DNA of 64,000 bases from Ilumatobacteraceae bacterium (GCA_024644465.1 JAHEKY010000007.1:351-64350); one strand, 5' to 3'. Positions 40,288-50,846 are shown, numbered from the stretch's first letter. The notes: generated from the sequence alone by a model not told the origin. Numbers and translations are program-made.

Positions 40288-40317
40288 AAGTTACCCCTCG
40301 GCAAAGATCACACGCAA
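40288..40317 (-). promoter_or_regulatory. SigA-type promoter
   Basis: -35 TTGCGT (40317-40312), 18-bp spacer, -10 TAACTT (40293-40288). Confidence 0.55.
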
Positions 40318-40384
40318 ACATCCAGGTGATCTGCCTCCCAGCGCCACAAGGGGGGGTCGCGGCGGGCGCGGTACCCTGACTGCG

Positions 40385-41356
40385 GTGCGCCGTCTGGACA
40401 TCACCCGCCACGTGTCCCCCACCGAGATCGCCGTGATCGAGGAGTTGCTCGACACCGCCGCGCAGGTCGACGGCCGGCGGCCCTTGTCCGACCATCTCGC
40501 GGTCGATCTCGCCAACGGTGGCGGCGGTGGCTTCGTCGCACTCGTGCAGTTCGACACCAGTACCGTCGACACCGGCACCGGCACCGGCACCGGCACCGGC
40601 ACCGAGCAGGCGATCGCCTACGCCCAGGTGTCCCGGGGCAACGACACCCATGCCCTCGAGCTCGTCATCCACCCGGACCATCGCCGCGACATCGCCACGA
40701 TCGGCGCCGAGGTGATCGGCGCGGCGCTCGACGTCGTCGCCTCCGACGGTGGCGGCCTCGTCAACTGGTGGGTGTTCGACCCGTCACCGGCCCAGCAATC
40801 CCTCGCGACAGGGGTCGGGATGCAAGTCGGCCGCACGCTCCACCAGATGCGCCGGACGCTGCCGACCGGCCTCGACGTCACGATCGCGACGCGCGCGTTC
40901 GTGCCCGGCATCGACGAGGCAGCCTGGCTGGCGGTCAACAACCGCGCGTTCGCCGGCCATGGCGAACAGGGCAACTGGACACCGGAGATGCTCCGCCAGC
41001 GTCAGCGCGAGGCGTGGTTCGACCCCGAGGGATTCCGAATCCTCGAGCGCGACGGGCGGATGGCCGGCTTCTGCTGGACGAAGATCCATCCGCCTGAGTC
41101 GCCCGCGGACGGCGCCGACGGTGAGATCTACGTGATCGCCGTCGACCCGGATTTCCACGGTTCCGGCTTCGGCGAGCAGCTCACCCTCGCCGGTCTCGAG
41201 CACCTCCACGGTCGGGGAATCACCTCGGCGATGCTCTACGTCGACGCGGCCAACACGGCAGGCGTCGCGCTCTACGACAAGCTCGGCTTCCACATCGCGG
41301 CCACGACGGTCGCGTTCCAGAAGACGATCGAGGCGGCCGGAGGCGCCGCCGGATGA
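40385..41356 (+). CDS. mshD: Mycothiol synthase (tandem GNAT)
   Basis: ELVIHPDHR, VNNRAF..H.EQG.W, WFDPEG, GFCWTKIH, GEIYVIAVDP, LYVDAAN. Confidence 0.9.
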   Translation: MRRLDITRHVSPTEIAVIEELLDTAAQVDGRRPLSDHLAVDLANGGGGGFVALVQFDTSTVDTGTGTGTGTGTEQAIAYAQVSRGNDTHALELVIHPDHRRDIATIGAEVIGAALDVVASDGGGLVNWWVFDPSPAQQSLATGVGMQVGRTLHQMRRTLPTGLDVTIATRAFVPGIDEAAWLAVNNRAFAGHGEQGNWTPEMLRQRQREAWFDPEGFRILERDGRMAGFCWTKIHPPESPADGADGEIYVIAVDPDFHGSGFGEQLTLAGLEHLHGRGITSAMLYVDAANTAGVALYDKLGFHIAATTVAFQKTIEAAGGAAG

Positions 41357-43170
41357 CCGGACCGACGCTCGAACTCCCCCGGTGGGACGTCACCGATCTC
41401 CACGAGTCACTCGACGCACGTTCGTTCCGCGACGCGCTGGAGCGGGCCGCCGCCGACGCCGAACGCGCCGTGGCGCTGTTCGACGAACTCGACATTCGTG
41501 CGACCGACGCCCGCCCGGCCACCGCACGCGACGGCGACGCCGCAGATCAGGCGATCGCGACGTTCAACCGTGTCGCGGCCGAGGTCGACCTCCTCCGGGT
41601 GTACGTCTACGCGAAGGTCTCCACCGATTCCCGGCACGCACCCGCGCAGTCGCTGTTGAGCGAGATCACGGCGATCGCTGCGACGCTGCGGCCGCTGCTC
41701 GCCAGGCTCGCCGACTGGGTCAGTTCGCTCGGCGCCGCAGAACTGCAGCGAGTCAGCACCGAGGCGCAGGAGCACGCCGGCCCGCTCGCCCGGTTCGCCG
41801 AGCGCGCCGCGCACCAGATGACCGAAGCCGAGGAGCACCTCTACGCCGAACTCGCGACGACCGGGTCGGCGTCGTGGGCCCGCCTGCAGGAGGACACGAC
41901 GTCGCAACTCACCGCCGACGTGGCGCTGCCCGACGGGCCGGTCACGTTGCCGATGCCGGCCGTGCGCGGCCTCGCGACGAACGCCGACCCGGCCGTGCGG
42001 CGCGCGGCATACGCGGCCGAACAAGCCGCATGGCCGGCGCTCGGCGTACCGGTCGCGGCAGCGATGAACGCGATCAAAAGCGAGGCGAACGCCGTCAACC
42101 GTCGCCGCAACTGGACCTCGCCGCTGGAGGCGTCGTTGTTCGCGAACAGTGTGAGCAGGGCGACGTTCGAGGCGATGCAGGCCGCCGTCGCGGCCTCGCT
42201 GCCCGACTTCCGCGGTTGGATGCAGGTCAAGGCCCGGCTCCACGGACATCCGGCCGGCGACGGCCTGCCCTGGTGGGATCTCGTCGCGCCGTCCCCGGTC
42301 GCGGCGCGCGACGTGTCGTGGGAGGACGGGCTCGACACGGTGCGTGATGCGTTCCGCGAGTACAGCCCCGCGCTCGGGGGCCTCGTCGACCGCGCGGTGT
42401 CCGGACGCTGGATCGATGCGGCCCCGCGCGACGGCAAGGGCGGCGGCGCGTTCTGCATGCCGTTCGTCGACGACCGGTCACTCGTCCTGTTGAACTGGTC
42501 GGGCTCCGCCGACGCGACGCAGACGACCGCCCACGAACTCGGCCACGCGTACCACAACACGACGCTCGCCGGCCGGACGTACCTCCAGAAGCGGCTCCCG
42601 ATGGCGCTCGCCGAAACGGCGAGCATCTTCTGCGAGACGCTCGTCGTCGAAGCGGGGCTCGCCCGGCTGACCGGTGACGAGCGCCTCGCGCTGCTCGACA
42701 TCGATCTGCAGGGCGCCAACCAGACGGTCGTCGACATCCACTCCCGGTTCCTGTTCGAGTCCGAGGTCTTCGCCCGCCGGCAACGCAGCAAGCTCAGCCC
42801 CGGCGAACTGTGCGAGCTGATGACCGACGCGCAGCGAGTCGCGTACGGCGACGGCCTCGACCAGTCGACGGCGCACCCGTACATGTGGCTGCTCAAGCCG
42901 CACTACTACGGAGCGCACTTCTACAACTGGCCGTACACGTACGGTCTGCTGTTCGGGCTCGGGTTGTTCGCCCGCTACCGAGAGGACCCGGACCGGTTCC
43001 GCGCCGGCTACGACACGTTGCTGTCGCGCGCCGGGATGGACACCGCGGAGGAGTTGGGCGCAGCGTTCGGTTTCGACGTGTCCGACGAGGCGTTCTGGAC
43101 CGCCAGTCTCGACGTCGTCAGGGCGCGCATTGCGGACTACCGCTCGCTCGCACAGCCGCATCTTCCCTGA
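41353..43170 (+). CDS. pepF: M3 family oligoendopeptidase F
   Basis: GKGGGAFC, AHELGHAYH, AETAS, HFYNWPY. Confidence 0.9.
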   Translation: MTGPTLELPRWDVTDLHESLDARSFRDALERAAADAERAVALFDELDIRATDARPATARDGDAADQAIATFNRVAAEVDLLRVYVYAKVSTDSRHAPAQSLLSEITAIAATLRPLLARLADWVSSLGAAELQRVSTEAQEHAGPLARFAERAAHQMTEAEEHLYAELATTGSASWARLQEDTTSQLTADVALPDGPVTLPMPAVRGLATNADPAVRRAAYAAEQAAWPALGVPVAAAMNAIKSEANAVNRRRNWTSPLEASLFANSVSRATFEAMQAAVAASLPDFRGWMQVKARLHGHPAGDGLPWWDLVAPSPVAARDVSWEDGLDTVRDAFREYSPALGGLVDRAVSGRWIDAAPRDGKGGGAFCMPFVDDRSLVLLNWSGSADATQTTAHELGHAYHNTTLAGRTYLQKRLPMALAETASIFCETLVVEAGLARLTGDERLALLDIDLQGANQTVVDIHSRFLFESEVFARRQRSKLSPGELCELMTDAQRVAYGDGLDQSTAHPYMWLLKPHYYGAHFYNWPYTYGLLFGLGLFARYREDPDRFRAGYDTLLSRAGMDTAEELGAAFGFDVSDEAFWTASLDVVRARIADYRSLAQPHLP

Positions 43171-43262
43171 CACGACGTGACGGGTGACGCCCCGAATTGA
43201 CCGCGCGCCGACCGGCACGCATCGGTAGCGTCGGGTACCCATCTCGACTGAAAGGCAATCCG

Positions 43263-45014
43263 GTGTCCGATCGCACCGCCCTCCGCCGGGGGCTCGGCCA
43301 TGTCGCCAACATGGTCCGGCTCCATCCGGGTCCGTTCGTCGTCGCCGTCGCAGGCGCGGCGGTGTTCGCCGCGGGCACCGTGCTGTCGACGGTCGTGCTC
43401 GGGCGGATCACCGACGACGCCGTGCTGCCCACCTTCGAGACCGGCACCGTGCCCGACGACGCAGTGCGCACCGGCGTGCTGGCAGTGATCGCAGTCACGG
43501 TGTTGCGCGCCGCGGGCGTCGTGTGCCGTCGCTTCTTCGCAGGGATGACCGCCGAACGGGTACAGGCGACGCTGCGGCGACGACTGAGCGCCCAATACCT
43601 CGCGCTGCCGCTCGCGTGGCATCAGCGCGTCCCGGCGGGCCAGCTGTTGGCCCACGCGGACAACGATGCCGAAGTCGCGGTCGACGTGCTGCATCCGCTC
43701 CCGTTCTCGCTCGGCGTTGCGTTCCTCGCCGTCTTCTCGGCCATCTCGATCATCGCGGTCGACCCGGTGCTCGCGCTGATCGCGTTTCTGATCTTCCCCG
43801 CGCTGACGCTGCTCAACCGCGTCTACTCGCGCCGCATCGAACGCCCTGCCGCCGAGGTGCAGGAGGGCGTCGGCGTCGTCTCGTCGATCGCCCACGAGAG
43901 CTTCGACGGCGCACTCGTGGTGAAGACGCTCGGCCGTTCGGGCGAGGAATCGGCGCGGTTCACCGACGCCGTGCGCCGCCTCCAGACCAGCCGCATCAAG
44001 GTCGGATACCTGCGCGCCGCGTTCGAGTCGGTGATGGACGTCCTGCCGAACCTCGGCATCATCATCGTCCTCATCGTCGGCATCTACCGCGTCGACGCCG
44101 GCGCGGTCGGCCCCGGTGACCTCGTGCAGGTGACCGCGCTGTTCACCGTCCTGGCGTTCCCGATGCGAGTGATGGGCTTCTTCCTGGAGAGCGTGCCACC
44201 GTCGGTCGTCGCTCACGGGCGCCTCGAGGCGGTGTTCGACGAGCCGCTCCCGGTGCCCCCGCCGGAGTACCGGAACCTTCCGCCCGGCCCGCTGTCGCTG
44301 TCGGCGAGTGGCGTCACGTTCCACTATCCGGGCGGTCCTGCGGTTCTCGACGACGTCAACCTCGAGGTGCGGCCGGGCGAGGTCGTCGCGCTCGTCGGGT
44401 CGACGGGTGCCGGCAAGAGCACGCTGTGCAACGTCCTCTGCGGGCTGCTTCCCATCCCGGCCGGCAGCATCCGGCTCGGCGGTGTCGACGTCCACGACGT
44501 CGACCCGATCGAGCGGACCGACAACGTCGCGCTCGTCTTCCAGGAGTCGTTCCTGTTCGCGGACACCCTGCGCGCCAACATCGACCTGTCCGGCCGGGCA
44601 TCGGAGGACTCGATCCGTCGCGTCGCCGAGATCGCCAGAATCGCGGACTTCGTCGACGGCCTGCCGCAGCGGCTCGGCACGATCGTCGGCGAGCGCGGGA
44701 TCACGCTGTCCGGCGGCCAACGGCAGCGCGTCGCGCTCGCCCGCGCGTTGATCCAGTCGCCCCGGCTACTCGTGCTCGACGACGCGACGAGTGCGGTCGA
44801 CGCGCGCGTCGAGCAGCAGATCCTCGCCCGCCTGCGCGCCGGCCTCGACACGACGACGATCATCGTCGCCCAGCGCGTGTCGACCATCCAGCTCGCCGAT
44901 CGCGTGCTCTACATGCGCGACGGGAGCATCGAGGCATCGGGCACGCATGACGACCTGCTCGCCCACGCCGGCTACGCGGCACTCGTCCGCGCGTACGAGG
45001 AGGCGGCCCGATGA
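43263..45014 (+). CDS. ABC exporter half 1 (TMD-NBD, degenerate Walker B/H-switch)
   Basis: GSTGAGKS, LSGGQ, LVLDDATS, VAQR. Confidence 0.92.
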   Translation: MSDRTALRRGLGHVANMVRLHPGPFVVAVAGAAVFAAGTVLSTVVLGRITDDAVLPTFETGTVPDDAVRTGVLAVIAVTVLRAAGVVCRRFFAGMTAERVQATLRRRLSAQYLALPLAWHQRVPAGQLLAHADNDAEVAVDVLHPLPFSLGVAFLAVFSAISIIAVDPVLALIAFLIFPALTLLNRVYSRRIERPAAEVQEGVGVVSSIAHESFDGALVVKTLGRSGEESARFTDAVRRLQTSRIKVGYLRAAFESVMDVLPNLGIIIVLIVGIYRVDAGAVGPGDLVQVTALFTVLAFPMRVMGFFLESVPPSVVAHGRLEAVFDEPLPVPPPEYRNLPPGPLSLSASGVTFHYPGGPAVLDDVNLEVRPGEVVALVGSTGAGKSTLCNVLCGLLPIPAGSIRLGGVDVHDVDPIERTDNVALVFQESFLFADTLRANIDLSGRASEDSIRRVAEIARIADFVDGLPQRLGTIVGERGITLSGGQRQRVALARALIQSPRLLVLDDATSAVDARVEQQILARLRAGLDTTTIIVAQRVSTIQLADRVLYMRDGSIEASGTHDDLLAHAGYAALVRAYEEAAR

Positions 45015-46891
45015 CGACCACGCCACTCGACACCGCCGCGGCCGAACAGCCGCCGCATCCACCCGATGACGAGATCGACGCCTGGCAGGCCGCCCCCGAC
45101 GATCTCGGTTTCGACGACGACGAGCGGGGTTCCTCGGAGGGCGCGATCGTGGTGCTCCGCCGCGGGTTGCGCCAGAGCGAGGAACTGCGCCAGGGCCTCG
45201 CGACGACGGTCGGGATGGGGCTGTCCGTCGCCGCCGGTCGCCTCGCCGTACCGGTCCTGCTGGAACAGACGATCGACAACGGCGTGCTCGACGCGAGCGG
45301 CGTCGATCCCAGCGCCGTGCTGAGCGCTGCGACCGTGATGGGCATCATCGTCGTCGCCGCAGCGGTCGTGTCGTGGCTGACGCAGCGGCGACTGGTGACC
45401 CGCGCCGAAGCCGGCATCGCCAACCTCCGGATTGCTGCCTTCGACAAGGTGCACGAGCTGTCGATCGCCGACCACAACGAGACCAAGCGCGGTGTGCTCG
45501 TCGCCCGCGTCACGTCGGACGCGGAGTCGCTGTCCCGATTCGCCCAGTGGGGCCTCTATTCGTGGACGATCAACCCGACGGTGATCCTCGGGACGTTCTG
45601 CGTGCTCGCCTGGTACTCGCCGTGGCTCGCACTGATCGTCGCGGTCTCGTACTCGCCGGTGATCCCCACGATGCGCTGGCTGCAGATTCGCCAGCTCGCC
45701 GCCTACGACCTGTTGCGGACGCGCGTCGGCGAGATGCTCGCCGCGTTCTCCGAAGCGGTGATGGGCGCGGCGGTCGTTCGGGCGTACGGCGCGCAGGAGC
45801 GGACGCGCGATCAGCTCGACGAGAGCATCGCGGCGCGTTACCGCGCGCGGATCCGGGCGAACAAGTACATGGCGGGTGTCTTCGTCATCGGCGACCTGTT
45901 CGGCGCACTCGCGTTCGTCGGCGTGCTCGTCGCCGGCCTCGCCCAGCGCGACGCGTGGGGCATCGGCGGTGGCGAGCTGATCGCGTGCCTCTTCCTCACG
46001 ACGCTGCTCCACGGCCCGATCGCCGAGCTCGGCGAGACGATGGACCAGACCCAGACGGCGGTCGCCGGCTGGCGCAAGATCCTCAACCTGCTCGACCACC
46101 CGGTCGACGTCGCCGAGGCCGACCCCGGCATCGCGTTGCCGCACGGCCCGGTCGAGGTCGTCGCCGACGGCGTGACGTTCGCCTACCGCGATGCCGAACC
46201 GGTCGTCCACGACGTCAGCGTCACGATTCCGGCGGGCACCAACGTCGCGATCGTCGGTGAGACCGGCTCCGGCAAGACGACATTCGCGAAGCTGCTCTGC
46301 CGGCTCGCCGACCCGATCGGTGGCACGATCCGCCTCAACGGCGTCGACCTGCCGGACCTGTCGCACGAGTCGCGCCTCGCGACCGTCCGGATGGTGCCGC
46401 AGGACGGGTTCCTGTTCGACACGTCGATCCGCGAGAACGTCCGCTACGGCCGGCCCGGCGCTTCCGACGCCGACATCGAGCGGGCATTCGAGCGGCTCGA
46501 GCTGACGTGGTGGGTCGACAAATTGCCCGACGGGCTGGCCACCGACGTCGGTGAACGCGGCGACAACCTCTCGGTCGGCGAGCGCCAGCTCGTCGCCCTC
46601 GCTCGCGCGGCCCTCGCCGACCCCGGGTTGCTGATCCTCGACGAGGCCACGTCGGCGGTCGACCCCGAGACCGACCAGGCGCTGACGACCGCGATCGCCC
46701 GCCTGGCCGTCGACCGGACACTGGTCAGCATCGCCCACCGCCTCGCAACGGCCGAAGCCGCCGACCTGATCCTCGTGTTCGACGACGGCCGCCTCGTCGA
46801 GCAGGGCTCGCACGACGTACTCGTCGACGGCGAAGGCATCTACGCCCGCCTCCACCGGGCGTGGGTCGGCAACACCCGCAGCGTCGGCTGA
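45011..46891 (+). CDS. ABC exporter half 2 (TMD-NBD)
   Basis: GETGSGKT, LSVGE, LILDEATS, IAHR; forms a heterodimeric exporter pair with the upstream gene. Confidence 0.92.
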   Translation: MTTTPLDTAAAEQPPHPPDDEIDAWQAAPDDLGFDDDERGSSEGAIVVLRRGLRQSEELRQGLATTVGMGLSVAAGRLAVPVLLEQTIDNGVLDASGVDPSAVLSAATVMGIIVVAAAVVSWLTQRRLVTRAEAGIANLRIAAFDKVHELSIADHNETKRGVLVARVTSDAESLSRFAQWGLYSWTINPTVILGTFCVLAWYSPWLALIVAVSYSPVIPTMRWLQIRQLAAYDLLRTRVGEMLAAFSEAVMGAAVVRAYGAQERTRDQLDESIAARYRARIRANKYMAGVFVIGDLFGALAFVGVLVAGLAQRDAWGIGGGELIACLFLTTLLHGPIAELGETMDQTQTAVAGWRKILNLLDHPVDVAEADPGIALPHGPVEVVADGVTFAYRDAEPVVHDVSVTIPAGTNVAIVGETGSGKTTFAKLLCRLADPIGGTIRLNGVDLPDLSHESRLATVRMVPQDGFLFDTSIRENVRYGRPGASDADIERAFERLELTWWVDKLPDGLATDVGERGDNLSVGERQLVALARAALADPGLLILDEATSAVDPETDQALTTAIARLAVDRTLVSIAHRLATAEAADLILVFDDGRLVEQGSHDVLVDGEGIYARLHRAWVGNTRSVG

Positions 46892-46928
46892 ACCCGGCCC
46901 CGTCCGGGTGCGGCGATAGCGTCGCGCT

Positions 46929-47987
46929 GTGGCACCACCGACGACGCCGACCCGCTACGGGCTGACCCGCGACGAGCTCGCGGCGCATCTCGACGGCGAA
47001 CCGCGTTACCGATTGGATCAGCTGTGGGACGGCCTCTACACCCAGCTCGCGGAGCCCACCGACATCAGCAACCTGCCCAAAGCGCTGCGGGCACGGCTCG
47101 ACGAGCGGTTGCCGGCGGCGCTGACGCCGGTCACGGAGTCGGTCAGCGACACCGGTGACACGGTCAAGTTCCTGTGGGAGCTCGACGGGGGCAGCCGCAT
47201 CGAGACCGTGCTGATGCTCTACGCAGACCGAGCCACGGTGTGCGTCAGCAGCCAGGCCGGCTGCGCGATGGCGTGCGGGTTCTGCGCGACCGGGCAGGCC
47301 GGCTTCACACGGCATCTCACGGTGGGCGAGATCGTCGAACAGGTCGTCCGCGCCGCCCAGCGGGCGAAGCGGGTCGACCGCCGAGTCAGCAACATCGTGT
47401 TCATGGGGATGGGCGAGCCGATGGCGAACCTCGGCCCGGTGTGGGCGAGCGTGGAACGAATCCACGCCGACCTCGGCCTCTCCGCACGGCACATCACGAT
47501 CTCGACCGTGGGGGTGATCCCCGGCATCCGCTCGCTCGCCGACCTCCCGCTGCCGGTCAACCTGGCCGTGTCGCTGCACGCCGCGAACGACGCGTTGCGC
47601 GACGAGCTCGTGCCGCTCAACAAGCGCTACCCGCTCGATGATCTCGTCGCCGCGTGTGCGGACTACCTCCGGGTCAAGAACCGGCGGGTCAGCTTCGAGT
47701 GGGCGATGATCGACGGCGTCAACGATCGCGAGCAGGATGCCCGCGAACTCGCGGAGCTGTGCCGTCGCCTGCAGCCGCACGCGCACGTCAATCTGATCCC
47801 GCTCAACCCGACACCCGGCTACCCGACGAGGGGCACGCCGCTCGCCCGCGTGCATGAGTTCCGCGACGCGCTCGAACGGTTCGGTGCGAACGCCACGGTT
47901 CGGCGCAACCGCGGCACGGACATCGACGCAGCGTGCGGCCAGCTCGCCGCCGGCCAGGCGGTGACGATCGGCCGCAAGCCGGGCTGA
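46929..47987 (+). CDS. rlmN: 23S rRNA m2A2503 radical-SAM methyltransferase
   Basis: CVSSQAGCAMACGFCATG, MGMGEP, SLHA, DIDAACGQL. Confidence 0.96.
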   Translation: MAPPTTPTRYGLTRDELAAHLDGEPRYRLDQLWDGLYTQLAEPTDISNLPKALRARLDERLPAALTPVTESVSDTGDTVKFLWELDGGSRIETVLMLYADRATVCVSSQAGCAMACGFCATGQAGFTRHLTVGEIVEQVVRAAQRAKRVDRRVSNIVFMGMGEPMANLGPVWASVERIHADLGLSARHITISTVGVIPGIRSLADLPLPVNLAVSLHAANDALRDELVPLNKRYPLDDLVAACADYLRVKNRRVSFEWAMIDGVNDREQDARELAELCRRLQPHAHVNLIPLNPTPGYPTRGTPLARVHEFRDALERFGANATVRRNRGTDIDAACGQLAAGQAVTIGRKPG

Positions 47988-48341
47988 CTAGCTGTCGAGG
48001 TAGCCGGGGTTCGCGACGAGCAGCTTGTCCGTGACCGCGGCACGCAACTCGGCGCGCAGTTCGGTACCGCGACCGTCGAAGCGGCTGGCGCGGATGGCTT
48101 CGGCCAGCTCGGCATCGGACTCGACGCCGAGGCGCGCCAGGCGCTCGCGATGGGCGCTCGCCTGCGCCGGGCCGAGTTCCAGTTCGCGCTCGACGATCGC
48201 GAGCACGTTCGCAGCGACGCGGGCGTGGAACTTGAGGCGGCCGTCGGTCGCGGCGAGCACGTCGCGCTCGATCCACTCCCGGACCGCTTCGAGCAGGTCG
48301 GCTGCCGACGGGACGTCGTGGGGGGCGTCGCCGTCGCTCAC
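47988..48341 (-). CDS. DUF6285-like protein, partner of the phosphotransferase
   Basis: FHARVAANVL..VERE, KLLVANPGY. Confidence 0.75.
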   Translation of the reverse strand: MSDGDAPHDVPSAADLLEAVREWIERDVLAATDGRLKFHARVAANVLAIVERELELGPAQASAHRERLARLGVESDAELAEAIRASRFDGRGTELRAELRAAVTDKLLVANPGYLDS

Positions 48342-49297
48342 CACCGGCCCTCCAGTGCGAGGAACAGGTCGTGTTCGTTCTCGCACACCCGCCTGCCGAT
48401 CGCCGCGAGTTCATGGCTGCGCACCGCGCCGGACAGGTGCGCCGACGCCTGTGCGATGCACATGATCCCCCACTTCCACGTGCCGAGCACCTCCCACCAT
48501 CGCACGACGTCAGCGTTGACGGCGGCACCGCCGGCTTCCTCGTAGGCGGCGAACAGCTCGTCGTAGCTGCCGAGACCGGCGACCGGTGACCTGCCGCCGA
48601 AGCGCCAGGCCTTCACACACAGCCAGCCGAGGTCCTCCATCGGGTCGCCGAGGTGGGCGAGTTCCCAGTCGATCACGCCGGCCAGCCCGTCGGGGGCGAC
48701 GATCAGGTTGCCGAGGCGGAAGTCACCGTGGACGACACCCGGTTCGACGGCCGGCGGCCGGTTCGCGATGAGCCAGTTGCGGACGAGCTCGAACATCGGG
48801 TGTGGCTGGCCGAGTTCGTCGAGGGCTGCGGTGTATACCTCGACCTGGTCGGCAGCGACGAGGCCGGGGACGAGATCGAGCCGGTGGATGCGCGCCAACG
48901 CGGCACCGCAGTCGCGGACGAGCCGACGACGGGCATCGGCGAAGCGGTCGTCGCGCTGGATCTTGCGCGCGATCGTCTCGCCGTCGATCGCTTCGAGCAC
49001 CATCACCGCGAGGCCGTCGTCACGCCTGACGGCGGTGAGCAGCTCGGGTGCCGGCACGCCACCGGCGCGCGCCGCGCGGACGACCGCCGCCTCGACGAGC
49101 ATGTCCCGTTCGTCGCCGGGCCGCTGGAGTTGCGCGACGAGGTCGCGACCGTCGGCGGTGAACCGCCATGTCTCGCGGGACGCCCCGCCGGAGAGGTGGC
49201 GGAGCGCGTCGATCGTCGCGCCATCGAGGATCGCCGTGAGTGTCTCTGCGAGCGCGGCCTGCGGCGACTCGTCAGCGGCTCCGTCGGGCGGTGTCAC
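48338..49297 (-). CDS. Aminoglycoside phosphotransferase-like kinase
   Basis: LSGGASRETW, HGDFRLGN, IDWELAHLGDP. Confidence 0.88.
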   Translation of the reverse strand: MTPPDGAADESPQAALAETLTAILDGATIDALRHLSGGASRETWRFTADGRDLVAQLQRPGDERDMLVEAAVVRAARAGGVPAPELLTAVRRDDGLAVMVLEAIDGETIARKIQRDDRFADARRRLVRDCGAALARIHRLDLVPGLVAADQVEVYTAALDELGQPHPMFELVRNWLIANRPPAVEPGVVHGDFRLGNLIVAPDGLAGVIDWELAHLGDPMEDLGWLCVKAWRFGGRSPVAGLGSYDELFAAYEEAGGAAVNADVVRWWEVLGTWKWGIMCIAQASAHLSGAVRSHELAAIGRRVCENEHDLFLALEGRW

Positions 49298-49317
49298 CAC
49301 GACCCGAGACTGCCAGA

Positions 49318-50769
49318 TCAGCAGCCGGCGACGCGCACCGAGGGGTACGGGTTGACGGCGAGGCCGCCGCCCGGGTGGATCTCGAAGTGGAGGTGCGGGG
49401 TGCTGAACTTGGCGTTGCCCGTGTCGCCGTTGTACCCGATGACCTCGCCTTGGACGACTCGGCGGCTGCTGCCCTGGTAGGCGTCGAGGTGGGCGTAGTA
49501 GTACCGGTTGCCGTTGTCCGCGACGAGCGACACCGCGTTCCCGCCGAGGCGGTTGTGCTTGAACGTGACGTAGCCGTTCGTGACGGCGTAGATCGGGATG
49601 CCGCGCGGTGCGATCATGTCGACACCCTCGTGGCGCCGCCCACCCGAGCGGGGGGCACCCCACGTGTCGCCGAACGCCGAACCGGGCATCGGGCAGATGA
49701 TCGTGTCGAGGTAGCCGGCCGACGTGTCGACCGGGCGCGGGTTGCTGCCACTGCCGCCGGTGCCGGTCCGGCCGCCGCTCGTGCCGCCCGACGCGCCGCT
49801 GTTCGTGGGCAGCGCGGTCGTGGAGGGCAGCGGTGGCGCGGTCGTCGTCGGGGCGGCCTCGACCGGAATCGGGACGCCGTCCGGCCCGATCGCCGGCCCG
49901 TCGGCACCGTCGGCCGGCGCGGCACCCGCGGGGTCATCGACCGCGCCGGGGATCGTCGTCGTGGTGGTTGTCGTCGTCGGTGGCGGCAGGCCCTCGGCAG
50001 GGTCCGGGATCGCACGGGCGGCTGCTTCGGCTTCACGGCGGGCGAGTTCCTCGAACTGCGCGCGCTCCTCGGCGAGTTGTGCCTGCAGCGCCCGCTGCAC
50101 GGCCTCGTCCTCGAGCCGGCCCTCCTCGGTCTCGCGCAGCTTGACGACTTCCTCCTCCGCCTTCTCGCGCAGCTCGACGAACTGGTCCTGCTGCTGTTCG
50201 ATCAGCACCTGCTGTTCGTCGAGCGCGACCTGGTTGGCGGCGAGCTCCTTCTCGGCGATGTCGAACTGGTCGAGGACGTCGCTGCCGGTGTTGGTCAGCA
50301 CGTCGACGAACACCTCGGCCTGCACCTGATCCTGTGGCGCCTGCAGGCCGGTCAGCAGCGGGATGCCGGTCGTGCCGCTGAGCACGAACCGGGCGACCGC
50401 GACCGCCTCGACGTCGCGGCGCAGACGGTCCACCGCGAGTTCGAGCTGCGCCGATTGGATCACGAGGCGCTCGAGGTCGTCCTTCAGCACGTCGAGATCA
50501 GACTCCGCCTGGAAGAACGCCTCGGCCGCGGCGTTCGCGCGATCGCGTGCGGCCTGGATCTGGCGGGCCGCCTCGCGTGCCGCAGCTTCGTCGGTCGCCA
50601 CATTGAAGTCGTCGGTCTGGCCGGGGAACTCGGCGACGGCGGTGAACGGGGCGACCAGGCTGGCGACGGCGAAGGTGGCCCCGAACACGATCGAGCGCCG
50701 CGACGAGCGATGGGGCGCGGAGCCGTCGGCGGACGCCCTGGAAGTGGTGCGCTCCGCCCGGCTGTTCAT
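49318..50769 (-). CDS. Coiled-coil M23 family peptidoglycan endopeptidase
   Basis: Signal/TM, coiled coil, Pro/Thr linker, HEGVD, YAHL, HLHFE; start uncertain. Confidence 0.9.
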   Translation of the reverse strand: MNSRAERTTSRASADGSAPHRSSRRSIVFGATFAVASLVAPFTAVAEFPGQTDDFNVATDEAAAREAARQIQAARDRANAAAEAFFQAESDLDVLKDDLERLVIQSAQLELAVDRLRRDVEAVAVARFVLSGTTGIPLLTGLQAPQDQVQAEVFVDVLTNTGSDVLDQFDIAEKELAANQVALDEQQVLIEQQQDQFVELREKAEEEVVKLRETEEGRLEDEAVQRALQAQLAEERAQFEELARREAEAAARAIPDPAEGLPPPTTTTTTTTIPGAVDDPAGAAPADGADGPAIGPDGVPIPVEAAPTTTAPPLPSTTALPTNSGASGGTSGGRTGTGGSGSNPRPVDTSAGYLDTIICPMPGSAFGDTWGAPRSGGRRHEGVDMIAPRGIPIYAVTNGYVTFKHNRLGGNAVSLVADNGNRYYYAHLDAYQGSSRRVVQGEVIGYNGDTGNAKFSTPHLHFEIHPGGGLAVNPYPSVRVAGC

Positions 50770-50846
50770 ACGCTGGGACACTGTAGTTGGCATTGCAGTT
50801 TGGTTACGGGCACTCGTTGGCGGTGGTGGATGATCATGATGGGTCG

